A stretch of DNA of 64,000 nucleotides from a virus. Both the position numbers and the translations under genes were made by a program. The DNA is taken from IMG/VR virus record IMGVR_UViG_3300031418_000004; one strand, written 5' to 3'. Shown piece by piece: positions 33,778 through 42,881 of this stretch. The notes beneath the pieces are model-generated. The model was not told where the DNA came from, did not search any database, and was given only the letters and a program-made list of their open reading frames with translations. The first letter of the stretch is position 1. Each line of letters opens with the position of its first letter.

Positions 33778-34233
33778 ATGACTGCAAGATTGGTATACAA
33801 ACGTGCGCACAAAGGAAGTGATTTGTCTGTTGCGCAGATTGCGATTCGTGTTTGTCCGGATTGGAATCAAGAGCACAAGCTGGTGGCAACCGTTATTGAA
33901 AATCGTAACGGTGAAAGAAAAACTCACAACATTGTGAACACGAATCCGAAAAATCTGGCTATGAGTGTTGCGGATTACGTGAATGAAATTTTGCAGGAAG
34001 GCGATACTGTTTGGTGTAGCAGCGAGTTACCTGAACACACGCGCCAGATTGCAGGATGTGAGGCAACGTTCAAAGATTATTTCTGTGGAGATATTGACGC
34101 GATTACTGACAGTGAGCGTAACATGCAGCGCGTGGATAATGAAAATAAAGAACGTGTCGAACGTGTTTACGGCGATTGGAAACGTTGGAGAGCCGATCAA
34201 GCTAAAGCACTTATCTTTGGTGATAAAAAATGA
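33778..34233 (+). CDS. hypothetical protein
   Basis: ATG after GAGG. 151 aa. Confidence 0.5.
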   Translation: MTARLVYKRAHKGSDLSVAQIAIRVCPDWNQEHKLVATVIENRNGERKTHNIVNTNPKNLAMSVADYVNEILQEGDTVWCSSELPEHTRQIAGCEATFKDYFCGDIDAITDSERNMQRVDNENKERVERVYGDWKRWRADQAKALIFGDKK

Positions 34234-34457
34234 CGGAAGACAAAACGAAAATCGTCGTGATTGGTGGCGCGGTATCCGCTTTAGGTTTGAGTGCATTGTC
34301 TGCCGATCATATCACACTAGGTTCTGTTCAGGTTGTTGAACCTTTTGCGCAGCCTGATTTTAACTCGTTCAACAATCGCCGTGACGTGCGCGATCCTCGT
34401 CGCAATTTCAAATCTGTAAACAAACCACAACAACGAATAAAGCGAGGTCGTCGATGA
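34230..34457 (+). CDS. small hypothetical protein with N-terminal hydrophobic segment and basic tail
   Basis: ATGA overlap. KIVVIGGAVSALGLSAL. Tail: QQRIKRGRR. Confidence 0.45.
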   Translation: MTEDKTKIVVIGGAVSALGLSALSADHITLGSVQVVEPFAQPDFNSFNNRRDVRDPRRNFKSVNKPQQRIKRGRR

Positions 34458-35059
34458 TTGGTGATTTTGGAATTGAACAGCGGATTAAAAGCGATCCCTT
34501 AACTCAGGAAGAATATTACCTGATTGGCGCAATGTTCAATCTTGCGCATTTGCGGATGGGCGGCGATGCAGAAAAGTTTCGTGTAATGGATTTTCTGATT
34601 GATCCTGTTACGCCAGAAGAACACGCTGCTGTTAAACGCGCTTATGATAAAGCGTATGGTGAAAACTGGAAACCGGACACTGAGGTTTATTGGAGCGAAG
34701 ACGAAAACGCACCAATTTCATGCGAAGGTGTTCGCCACGTTTTCTACGCTTTAAAACGCGAAGCACTGCGTTTAAAACTTCTCGAAAGTCTGGACTCAGA
34801 GTTAATGCGTCAGTTGGAAGCAATTGAAATTCCAATGCACTCTGTATCAGACTTACGCGCTGTAATGAAAAAGATGCAGAAAGATATTGACGATGCGTGG
34901 GGCTGTCCTTCCCTTGCAAGTTTGTTTAGTGAGCCGGAAGGCTTTATGCGAACCAAAGGAAACTTTGCAAGCATGGATCGTAAACGTTTCTATAAACAGA
35001 ATCACGATCCCAAACAAAAACGAATGGCGCAACACAGAAACTTTAGGAGAAAGATGTAA
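34454..35059 (+). CDS. hypothetical protein
   Basis: SD GAGG. 201 aa. Confidence 0.55.
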   Translation: MIGDFGIEQRIKSDPLTQEEYYLIGAMFNLAHLRMGGDAEKFRVMDFLIDPVTPEEHAAVKRAYDKAYGENWKPDTEVYWSEDENAPISCEGVRHVFYALKREALRLKLLESLDSELMRQLEAIEIPMHSVSDLRAVMKKMQKDIDDAWGCPSLASLFSEPEGFMRTKGNFASMDRKRFYKQNHDPKQKRMAQHRNFRRKM

Positions 35060-35397
35060 TGACTTACTTCGGACGCTGGTTTGCAACGTGGGTATCTGTA
35101 AAGGATATGACATTAGCAGGAGATACCGTTACTGCTGAGACTATTCGCAGCGTCCGGATCTTCGGTCGTGTGTTTCAGTGGGAGACTCCTAACCTGCTGG
35201 GCTTTGTTAAGATTCCACTCGAATCTGTAAAGTGGATGGAGAAGGGCAGTTTCATTTCTTACGGTTCGACACGCTCTAAAGTTTTGAATCGTGAGTACAG
35301 GGCTTTTTCACAAAGCGGTTTTGAAAGCTATTCCAGCTTTAACCGCAGCCGGGCGACAACAGAACTACTGGACTCGCTCAAAAAACCTTTGAGGTAA
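35059..35397 (+). CDS. hypothetical protein
   Basis: SD AGGAG. TAATG overlap. Confidence 0.5.
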   Translation: MTYFGRWFATWVSVKDMTLAGDTVTAETIRSVRIFGRVFQWETPNLLGFVKIPLESVKWMEKGSFISYGSTRSKVLNREYRAFSQSGFESYSSFNRSRATTELLDSLKKPLR

Positions 35398-35399
35398 AC

Positions 35400-36137
35400 A
35401 TGTCAGAACAGATCGTTTTATGCAGTGACCAGATAGATATTATGCGCAAGAATACGGTTCACAATCTCGCGCATCAAATGTATTTGGGTAAAATTTGTAT
35501 GCCGCGCAACAACGTAGAGTTCGGCATGATGATTGAAACCAAAGTGGCAACGAAAGAAGTTGCGCTTCCATTCTCCGCTTTTGGTACTCGCAAGATCGTC
35601 GAAGCGCAGGCACTGGTCAAAGTTAATGACACAGGAATGTGTTACATTGACACTCACTCCATGACTGAAACGGAAGTTCATACCAGCTATCACACGTTGA
35701 TTGCTGACGCCGTGCAGAAAGTAACTAAGTCTGTTGAAGACATTATTACCGATGCCATCACCTACGCGCATGATATGTTCCGCAACAAGTTTGTTTTGCC
35801 TGAACTGTTTATTCTGACCGCAGAAGTTGAAGACGGCAAACGCATGTTTAACTTTCTGGCAGATCATACCGATCTGGATGCAGGCGTTATTGGTGCCATT
35901 CGCGCACTGCCTGAAATGGTTCCAAACGGTAAAGTTGTTTTGAAAATCTGTCAGACAAGCAAGCGCGTTGATGTTATGGCGCACGGCAAAGAAATCGGCC
36001 TGCTGGATCTTTCAAATTTCTACAACATTACGCCGATTTTGAAATTCGTAAGTAGTTTCAAAAATTCGAACAATCCTACTCAAGATCAAGTTCTGGCGTA
36101 TCACAAAATCTCCCGTCTGAATAAGGAATACTGCTAA
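35400..36137 (+). CDS. hypothetical protein
   Basis: SD GAGG. 245 aa. Confidence 0.6.
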   Translation: MSEQIVLCSDQIDIMRKNTVHNLAHQMYLGKICMPRNNVEFGMMIETKVATKEVALPFSAFGTRKIVEAQALVKVNDTGMCYIDTHSMTETEVHTSYHTLIADAVQKVTKSVEDIITDAITYAHDMFRNKFVLPELFILTAEVEDGKRMFNFLADHTDLDAGVIGAIRALPEMVPNGKVVLKICQTSKRVDVMAHGKEIGLLDLSNFYNITPILKFVSSFKNSNNPTQDQVLAYHKISRLNKEYC

Positions 36138-36138
36138 C

Positions 36139-36870
36139 ATGAAAAACGCTAAAAAAGAAACTGGCGAACAAACATTAGGTCGCCTTCAACGTTCCGGAGC
36201 GGTTTCAGGACGCACTTCTGCTGTTCGTGAAAACGCAGCAAACACTCCGCGTCCGGCCAGGCTGCAAATTGAACTTGCTTCAACCAGCCCGATTCTGGAA
36301 GCGATGAACAATATCGACAACCTGATCGTTAGTTCGAACACTTTTGTTCAGGCGCTGTTGAAAACTGGTCTGCTGTACGGCATGGAACAAACTCAGGAAG
36401 GCGTTATCATGCGCACTGAGAATTTGACCGGATACCTGAACGATTTCAAATCGCAGACTGATCAAAATATCGGTAGCGCAATGTTGATGATTCAAGGCTA
36501 TCTCGGAAGCGTTTCTAACATTCTGACTGACGTTGTTAACGGTCTGGAAGTTATGGAAGAAGATCCTGACGCCGGTACGGACACCACCGCAGAGCCTATC
36601 GAGTTTGCCGCAACTCGTACGCTGGGCGGTCGTTACGTTACCGATCTGTTTATGAATAACTCCAGCCATCTGTCGAACATTGAGTCGCGTCTGGATACTA
36701 TCGTGTTTGCTATCTTTGGCAACGAAGATGAAGAAGATGCGAAAGATAACGCGGCATGGGCAGTTGATAGCGTAGGTACGCTGAAAATGATCGCCACCCT
36801 CAACGCGAAACTGTCGGGCCTGCTGGAAAAAATCAATGCGATTCAGTATCGCATCAATGAGGCTATCTAA
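36139..36870 (+). CDS. hypothetical protein
   Basis: SD AAGGAA. 243 aa. Confidence 0.6.
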   Translation: MKNAKKETGEQTLGRLQRSGAVSGRTSAVRENAANTPRPARLQIELASTSPILEAMNNIDNLIVSSNTFVQALLKTGLLYGMEQTQEGVIMRTENLTGYLNDFKSQTDQNIGSAMLMIQGYLGSVSNILTDVVNGLEVMEEDPDAGTDTTAEPIEFAATRTLGGRYVTDLFMNNSSHLSNIESRLDTIVFAIFGNEDEEDAKDNAAWAVDSVGTLKMIATLNAKLSGLLEKINAIQYRINEAI

Positions 36871-37745
36871 TGACGATGCCAAGCAAGCAAGTTAAACAAG
36901 TTGTTCGTAACCCTCAAACCGGGCGCTTTGAAAGTGTTTGGGTTGATGGGCCGGAAGTCAAAAATCGTCTGGAAGATTGTGAAGAAATGAAACCAAGCAA
37001 AACCGAAAAAGAAGAAAAGCGCAAAAAGACTATTCGTGAAGCGAAGATCGAGCGCGAACAAGAAGACCCGCTTGATCTGGACGACGAAGGCGAAGAACTG
37101 GATCTTGACGAAGAAGAAACCGATACTCAGCGCGTTACTCGTCTGAGCCGTCTTACTTCTAACGCTGCGCAGGATCTGGAAACCGCGTTTTATGCGATGG
37201 GCTTTATTCACAGTACGCCGCTGGATAACCGCTTTGGCGATCACGATGACGAAGTTTGTGACGAAGACAGCGACATTAAAAGTCTCTGCCTGTTCCAAAA
37301 TCATATCGAGCAAGTTTGTGACGCCGTTCGCACTCAAAACAGTAACATCAAACCTCGTCCGTTTACCGTTGTAAGCGAACGCGCTATTACTGCATTGGCG
37401 GTGCTGGCGTATGTTCTGAACCGTGGTGCTGATACCGTTATCGGTCAGGATGGAGATCGTGAACAGATCTTTGCGAACCTTATGGAACGCGATCTGTCAG
37501 GCCATCATGGTTATTTCTCTGCCGAAACATGGCTGAACGAAATGAACAATCACGTTCGTTCTGTTATGGATTCTATGAACGTTGCGCTGTTTGGTCAGGC
37601 TACTGAAACTGACTATGCGCCGCAGGATATTGCATCTGTAACTGGTGCAACTTTCGCAGAGCACATTTCAGGCGCTGGTGACATTATGGAAACCACGCTG
37701 GCACACGCAAGAGCGTTTGTTAAAAACCTGAAACGTATGCTGTAA
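36870..37745 (+). CDS. hypothetical protein with acidic/basic low-complexity N-terminal third
   Basis: SD GAGG. 291 aa. This is the last gene of the + block. Confidence 0.6.
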   Translation: MTMPSKQVKQVVRNPQTGRFESVWVDGPEVKNRLEDCEEMKPSKTEKEEKRKKTIREAKIEREQEDPLDLDDEGEELDLDEEETDTQRVTRLSRLTSNAAQDLETAFYAMGFIHSTPLDNRFGDHDDEVCDEDSDIKSLCLFQNHIEQVCDAVRTQNSNIKPRPFTVVSERAITALAVLAYVLNRGADTVIGQDGDREQIFANLMERDLSGHHGYFSAETWLNEMNNHVRSVMDSMNVALFGQATETDYAPQDIASVTGATFAEHISGAGDIMETTLAHARAFVKNLKRML

Positions 37746-37750
37746 ACGCA

Positions 37751-37787
37751 AAAAGGGGAAACCATTGCGGTTTCCCCTTTATTTTTT
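37751..37787. terminator. bidirectional rho-independent terminator between the convergent blocks
   Basis: AAAAA GGGGAAACC-ATTGC-GGTTTCCCC TTTATTTTTT has a 9-bp perfect stem flanked by an A-run and a T-run. Confidence 0.85.
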
Positions 37788-38250
37788 ATAACGCAAATCC
37801 AACTGCCACAATCGCAATCAAGCGAGTGATAGTTAGTTGTAAGTCTGCTGCTTTTTGTTCACGAATCCGCGCTTCACGTTCCGCTGTTAAATCCTTCGCA
37901 AGACCATTCGATCTTAATTCTTCTGCCTGCGCCAATTCCAACAGTTTATTTCTTTCGTCGATAGTTTTATTCAGAACAACGATCAACTGATTTGTTTCAT
38001 CAGTACGATTCTTTGCTGCCGAATAAAGAGCGATCAAGTCTGCCATGCCTTTGTTATCCAGCGTAGCTAACTTTTTACCTTCGAAAACTTTCACTGTTAC
38101 TTCTGGCTTAGCAGGAACCTCAACCTTATCCCACGTAAGACGCTCAACTCGCGGAATCTGCTGCATGGTTGTTTTCTGCTGATCCGGAATTGCTCCCAAA
38201 CCGCTACAACCACACAGCACAAAAGCGCACAGAAGAATTAATATCTTCAT
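37786..38250 (-). CDS. spanin-like outer-membrane lipoprotein with coiled-coil region and hydrophobic C-terminus
   Basis: MKILILLCAFVLCGCSG (lipobox). A heptad-rich segment, NRTDETNQLIVVLNKTIDERNKLLELAQAEELR. C-terminus TRLIAIVAVGFAL. ATGA overlap with the upstream gene. Confidence 0.55.
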   Translation of the reverse strand: MKILILLCAFVLCGCSGLGAIPDQQKTTMQQIPRVERLTWDKVEVPAKPEVTVKVFEGKKLATLDNKGMADLIALYSAAKNRTDETNQLIVVLNKTIDERNKLLELAQAEELRSNGLAKDLTAEREARIREQKAADLQLTITRLIAIVAVGFAL

Positions 38251-38528
38251 AGCTTTTTATATTCCTCGCTCAACTTATCCATGTCATCGTTTTCGTTTGC
38301 CACTACATCCGGCTTTCTTTCCTCATTCAACTTACTAACATCTTCCGTTACCGCTTGAGCATCTTTCCGTTGCTGCTCTACGGCTTTCTCGCGAATTTTG
38401 TTTTCGGCTTTCTGGAGTTCAGAGATACCGTTAGAAGTTTTCCGTGCGTTTGGACGTACTAAAAAGATTCCTACACATACGCCAATAAAACCAACAAACC
38501 ACAGCCAATACTTTTTGAGCTTATCCAT
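38247..38528 (-). CDS. i-spanin-like protein (N-terminal TM helix plus charged helical region)
   Basis: YWLWFVGFIGVCVGIFLV followed by a Lys/Glu-rich helix. 93 aa. Confidence 0.45.
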   Translation of the reverse strand: MDKLKKYWLWFVGFIGVCVGIFLVRPNARKTSNGISELQKAENKIREKAVEQQRKDAQAVTEDVSKLNEERKPDVVANENDDMDKLSEEYKKL

Positions 38529-38868
38529 TTTGGTCTACTCGCTGGTCGTCAGGTTTTGCATTTGAGTCGTTCGCGTTGTTACGGTTCGATCCGTTGTTGA
38601 TAAGGTTTTCAGCCATAAATGCAACAGAGAAGAACGTAATGTGATTACTTTCGCCAGAGCCGATCAAGTTAACGAAAAGGCCAACACTGACAAACACACT
38701 CGCAATCGTAGAGAACGGGTTGTTTGTCCAGTATTGACGCCAATTCAAACCTTCACGCTTTGTCTTTTGAACGTAATTGACAAGAACGCCGCCTACCCAA
38801 GTGCAAAGAAAGCCGAACAACTGAAACCAATCATAGTGTTTAATCACTTCTTGCACATCAGGTAACAT
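38521..38868 (-). CDS. holin candidate (2-3 TM helices, charged C-terminus)
   Basis: WFQLFGFLCTWVGGVLVNYV, FSTIASVFVSVGLFVNLIG and ITFFSVAFMAENLI. The tail is hydrophilic and Asn/Asp-rich. SD GAGG. Confidence 0.5.
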   Translation of the reverse strand: MLPDVQEVIKHYDWFQLFGFLCTWVGGVLVNYVQKTKREGLNWRQYWTNNPFSTIASVFVSVGLFVNLIGSGESNHITFFSVAFMAENLINNGSNRNNANDSNAKPDDQRVDQNG

Positions 38869-38877
38869 TGTCTACCT

Positions 38878-39117
38878 CTACAGTTTACTATCGTCGATTT
38901 TCCCTTCCTTAAAGAATTGCAGTTTACGCGCTTTCCATTTGGTACTGATACCAGAGAAAAACTCGCTAAGCTGATCATCTGTCAGTTGCGAAGGGCTACT
39001 TACTTCACGCGCTGCCAGTTCCTCACGAAACAGGTTTTGATATTCTTCCTGCAAAAACGATTGGTCTGCGCTGACGCTTGTGAATTCTTTTGCTGCTAAA
39101 GCTACAACAGTTTTCAT
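38878..39117 (-). CDS. hypothetical protein
   Basis: 79 aa. SD AAGGA. Confidence 0.5.
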   Translation of the reverse strand: MKTVVALAAKEFTSVSADQSFLQEEYQNLFREELAAREVSSPSQLTDDQLSEFFSGISTKWKARKLQFFKEGKIDDSKL

Positions 39118-39136
39118 AGTTTTATCCTTTGAACAA

Positions 39137-39757
39137 TTAACGGAGCCTGAGTCTTAAATTACTGATAACAGGCGCTTTGCTGAGATCTACAGGATTGCTT
39201 TGAGTAAGTGCAAGAGTACCGCCAACAAGTTTCAAATCGGCTGCACTATTTTCATCGCCTACACTTCCCACGGCTGCAAAATAAATCTGCGATGTGTTAT
39301 TTCCAACCGGTATAGCATCCGTATTTAAGTTTGCTGCATTAGACCCATAAAGAGCAATCGCAAACCACGTTGGAGTTCCTGCGCGGTGAATACGAGCGGT
39401 GCGCGTCATATAAGGATCGGACTCTACGCCTGTTCCTGCTGCTGTGCGCAAAATGGTATCGCCTGCGTAACTCAAAACTAATTCAAGTTCGTCGATACGC
39501 GGAAACGCCACACGGTTCCATCCATTCAGCCATCCAATGCCGCCCATATAGTTTGCAGATTTTGGATTCAGAATATTATACAAACCAAGCTGACGGCCTA
39601 CGCCTGCTGCAAACTGAGTTTTGATTGTGTCTTTGTCTGGCATCGTTCCATCAAAGAACATCAATACAGCGGGAAGTGTCGCCAAGTTGTTTGCGCTACC
39701 CATTTTTCCTGAACGTTCATAAAGAGCCGTTCGAATACTTCCGGGAACACAACGCAT
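39137..39757 (-). CDS. virion/tail-fibre-module protein, member of the paralog family (P1)
   Basis: N-terminal VLMFFDGTMPDKD. C-terminal VGSVGDENSAADLKLVGGTLAL. GGAGG lies 5 nt upstream of the ATG. Confidence 0.55.
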   Translation of the reverse strand: MRCVPGSIRTALYERSGKMGSANNLATLPAVLMFFDGTMPDKDTIKTQFAAGVGRQLGLYNILNPKSANYMGGIGWLNGWNRVAFPRIDELELVLSYAGDTILRTAAGTGVESDPYMTRTARIHRAGTPTWFAIALYGSNAANLNTDAIPVGNNTSQIYFAAVGSVGDENSAADLKLVGGTLALTQSNPVDLSKAPVISNLRLRLR

Positions 39758-40669
39758 TTAAGCCTCCGTAACCTGAGTGCCGAACGCAATGCGACAACTG
39801 TTGAAATACGGAAGCTGCGCTTTGCCTGTTTTGGTTTGCGATACGGTGCAGTCAATTCCAACATCCAAAATCAAACCGATATAGTTTTGCTTTGGCGTTG
39901 TGTCACTACTTCCGGCAACGTACTGCATATTTCCTGTTGCGGACACCAAAACAACTTTATCAATTGTTTCTTGTGTGAACGCGTTGGCTTTATTTAAAAC
40001 TTTCCAGTTGAATGCCGAACGAATCACACTGGCATTGCCTGCACTTAAACTGTAACGCAAGTAACGCGCATCAAAGTTAAATGTCTGCACACGCACGTTA
40101 GTCAAGGTTAGTGCTGTCCAGTTGACTGCATCGGTGCTGTATTCAATTTTCATTCCGTTGTATGCGGTGCTGCCGTAATTCAACTGACTAAGTTTGCGGA
40201 AACTGAACACGCTACCGTAATCCACAATCAGATTTCCCGGTGAAGCTGACTGCGCATAAGTTGGCGCATTCGTAGTTTCAAAAGGCGTTTGTGGGTAATA
40301 GCCTGCAAGCATTTGGATCATGCCAAAAAGCTGAGTAGCGTCAAACGTAGCATAAAGCGATTCAGGGTAAACGCAAACGGGATACACATCGACGTAAAGT
40401 TCATCGTTAAGTGATCCATCCTGATAAAACTTTGCGCCCATGCCACAATAACCAAACACATTACCACGATGAGATAGCGTTGTGTTTCCGGCGAGAGAGC
40501 TTGTGCCTTTATTAACAGTAAGCAAATTAATTGCACGTACGTTTTTAAGATCTTCAACGATATTGCCAGTGGGTTCCTTCCCACTGACCATATACATAGC
40601 GGCAACTACACCGCCATTGTTGATGAAATCAAAAACTCGTTCGCGAAGTGCTTTCGTTTCAACGAGCAT
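39758..40669 (-). CDS. structural-module protein with discoidin-like (galactose-binding-like) segment (P2)
   Basis: IEYSTDAVNWTALTLTNVRVQTFNFDARYLRYSL resembles the F5/8 type C signature (..S.D...W......f....aRYlRl). Confidence 0.5.
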   Translation of the reverse strand: MLVETKALRERVFDFINNGGVVAAMYMVSGKEPTGNIVEDLKNVRAINLLTVNKGTSSLAGNTTLSHRGNVFGYCGMGAKFYQDGSLNDELYVDVYPVCVYPESLYATFDATQLFGMIQMLAGYYPQTPFETTNAPTYAQSASPGNLIVDYGSVFSFRKLSQLNYGSTAYNGMKIEYSTDAVNWTALTLTNVRVQTFNFDARYLRYSLSAGNASVIRSAFNWKVLNKANAFTQETIDKVVLVSATGNMQYVAGSSDTTPKQNYIGLILDVGIDCTVSQTKTGKAQLPYFNSCRIAFGTQVTEA

Positions 40670-40678
40670 AATGATTCC

Positions 40679-41236
40679 TTAGTATTGCAGATTAAGATCC
40701 GTGAAGCGATAGCCCTGACCGACAGCAACAGAACCGCCAACAAGTTTCAGATCTGCATCGCTGTCTTCGTTTCCGACAGTGCCAATAATAAACTCATCAA
40801 CATAACTTCCGCTGATCATTGCCGCCCAACTGGATGCGTCCGTTCCGGCGGCGCTGGTGCGAAGGCCAATAAAGAAAGTTGGTGTTCCCGAAGCCATGCC
40901 AACCAGATCAGTTGTTACCGCAGTAAAGTTCACGTTAAGTTTTCTGTTTACTGTGTAATCTGCGTTACGTCCGATGGTTACGTTAGGCTTACGTCCGACA
41001 GTAGCGGAATAGTTCTGACAGCCTAAAAATTGTGTAGAGTTAATTCCAAGCGCAACAAACAACTGAACAGGCGTAAGCTGGTGCGCCTGATTAGTTGTGT
41101 CGGGAACCGCCAGCACGTTAGGCAAAGAGCCTGTGAACAATCCAACCTTACAGAAAAATTGCGTTGAAGGTGGAGTAAAGATTTCCAGAAACGCGCTAAG
41201 CATTTTGCTGGAGTTCATATTTTTGCTGCTAATCAT
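40679..41236 (-). CDS. paralog family member (P3)
   Basis: VGLFTGSLPNVL near the N-terminus. C-terminal IGTVGNEDSDADLKLVGGSVAV. Confidence 0.55.
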   Translation of the reverse strand: MISSKNMNSSKMLSAFLEIFTPPSTQFFCKVGLFTGSLPNVLAVPDTTNQAHQLTPVQLFVALGINSTQFLGCQNYSATVGRKPNVTIGRNADYTVNRKLNVNFTAVTTDLVGMASGTPTFFIGLRTSAAGTDASSWAAMISGSYVDEFIIGTVGNEDSDADLKLVGGSVAVGQGYRFTDLNLQY

Positions 41237-42294
41237 ACCGCCCCCAATTCAGTGATAGGAGTTGGAACAGTAAAGAATGGCGGGTAAAGATCCGTTCCCT
41301 GTTCATACGTTAATCCATTTGGTAAAAACAGATCGAATGAATTTATTTTCTTTGGATCGTCTGTAACGCTATAAGCATTCCACGCAACCAAACGATCATC
41401 AAGGGAAGTCCACTGGTTAGGATGTACGATATTGCAACGCGCATTTGTAGTAAAGCAGTTACCGCTAAAGTCTGCACCAATAGCAAATGGCATCATCAAC
41501 ACGTATCCGATTTTTCCAAACGTGCGCGGAGTACCGTTAACATATTTTCCTAAGAAACGAATTCCTGCGCCGATCAGTTGAGGATTCGCCACACCTTGTT
41601 TCTTCAAACGGAAATAACGTGCAACAACCTTATCTGTTGTGAACGGATAAATTGCTTCATCCGATGTAGAGAATGGTGCGTTGTTCAAAACAGAAACATC
41701 TTTCCATTCGCCGTTGATTTGCGCTTGAATAAGGCACTGGTAAAAAGGGTTCGCTACAGAGTTTGAAGCATAACCCATTTTCAGGAAACCAGTTACTTCA
41801 ACATCCGCACCAAAATCGTAAGTGAATGGATAGCTGATATTACCTGTTTCAACATCAACAGTAACAGTTCCATTTGAGGTCATCAAAAGATTTTGGGCTA
41901 CCTGCTGCTGAGCAAAACGAGGCATCAGCAAACTTCCTATGATGTTTGTAACTTGTTCTGCCGGGCTGGTGCGGTTTGCAACAACAGTAAGATCTCGCGT
42001 ACGGCGCATACGAGTTTTTGGTAAAACCTGTTTGCCGTAAATGGTATCAACTTCTTGCCATGCGCTGTGCAGAGGCCAGTTGTTTGCTGCCGTGCTGCGA
42101 TCCATAGGCTGCATGATCGTGCGACCGCCTGTGCCATAGTAGCCGTGCAAATAAGGACGTGCGTAAAGGCAGTTATTAACTGTGTCCTGCAAGCTGATAT
42201 TGTCGATGTTAGTCGGCATATCGCCTTCCATGAAAAACGCCATATAAATATGGTTTTGCAGTAAGCGTTTTTCTCCGAGATCAAAAAGTTTCAT
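41233..42294 (-). CDS. paralog family member with discoidin-like segment (P4)
   Basis: YMAFFMEGDMPTNI. INGEWKDVSVLNN...VVARYFRLKK. Confidence 0.55.
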   Translation of the reverse strand: MKLFDLGEKRLLQNHIYMAFFMEGDMPTNIDNISLQDTVNNCLYARPYLHGYYGTGGRTIMQPMDRSTAANNWPLHSAWQEVDTIYGKQVLPKTRMRRTRDLTVVANRTSPAEQVTNIIGSLLMPRFAQQQVAQNLLMTSNGTVTVDVETGNISYPFTYDFGADVEVTGFLKMGYASNSVANPFYQCLIQAQINGEWKDVSVLNNAPFSTSDEAIYPFTTDKVVARYFRLKKQGVANPQLIGAGIRFLGKYVNGTPRTFGKIGYVLMMPFAIGADFSGNCFTTNARCNIVHPNQWTSLDDRLVAWNAYSVTDDPKKINSFDLFLPNGLTYEQGTDLYPPFFTVPTPITELGAV

Positions 42295-42881
42295 ACGTCC
42301 TCGCTGATTTTAATGTGTAGGCGATCAATAGGCATGTTTATTTTGTAAGTTCCGTCACCGTTGTTCACAAGCGGAACACCCATATTGATCAAGTCCTGAT
42401 AGCCTATCTCAAAGAAATTATAACAAGCAACGTTATCGTTGATACTTCCAGCCGTGCTATTTGGAATATGAATCAACAGCGACGTAAAGTTTGTCGCAGG
42501 CCACAGGACGCTGTAACTTTGATCAACACTCAAATAACGCCCATCGTTTTCTTGCGTAATACGAATGTTGGCTTGAGGACGCGTAATAACGTTGAACTTT
42601 AAATTAGGCTTGTTGGTTTTAATCCAGTTCACAATCTGCGTCACTGTGATTGAATCGCCGTAGGCTCCAAACAACGCATTCCAATCAGAGTCTGTTAGAA
42701 AATCTCCAGACACGCTATACACAATTGAATCAAACGCCTGATTTTGTGCAAAGTCCAAACGTTCAGTAGGCTGCTCGTAAGCGTAGTTAAATTGCCAGAG
42801 TCCGATCACGCCGTTGGTATTTGCCAGCGTGTGAAAATCAATTTTAGGGCGAATGTTTCGCAACGCTTTTGAAACAATCAT
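42291..42881 (-). CDS. structural-module hypothetical protein (P5)
   Basis: 196 aa, translationally coupled on both sides (ATGA and TAATG overlaps). Confidence 0.5.
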   Translation of the reverse strand: MIVSKALRNIRPKIDFHTLANTNGVIGLWQFNYAYEQPTERLDFAQNQAFDSIVYSVSGDFLTDSDWNALFGAYGDSITVTQIVNWIKTNKPNLKFNVITRPQANIRITQENDGRYLSVDQSYSVLWPATNFTSLLIHIPNSTAGSINDNVACYNFFEIGYQDLINMGVPLVNNGDGTYKINMPIDRLHIKISEDV

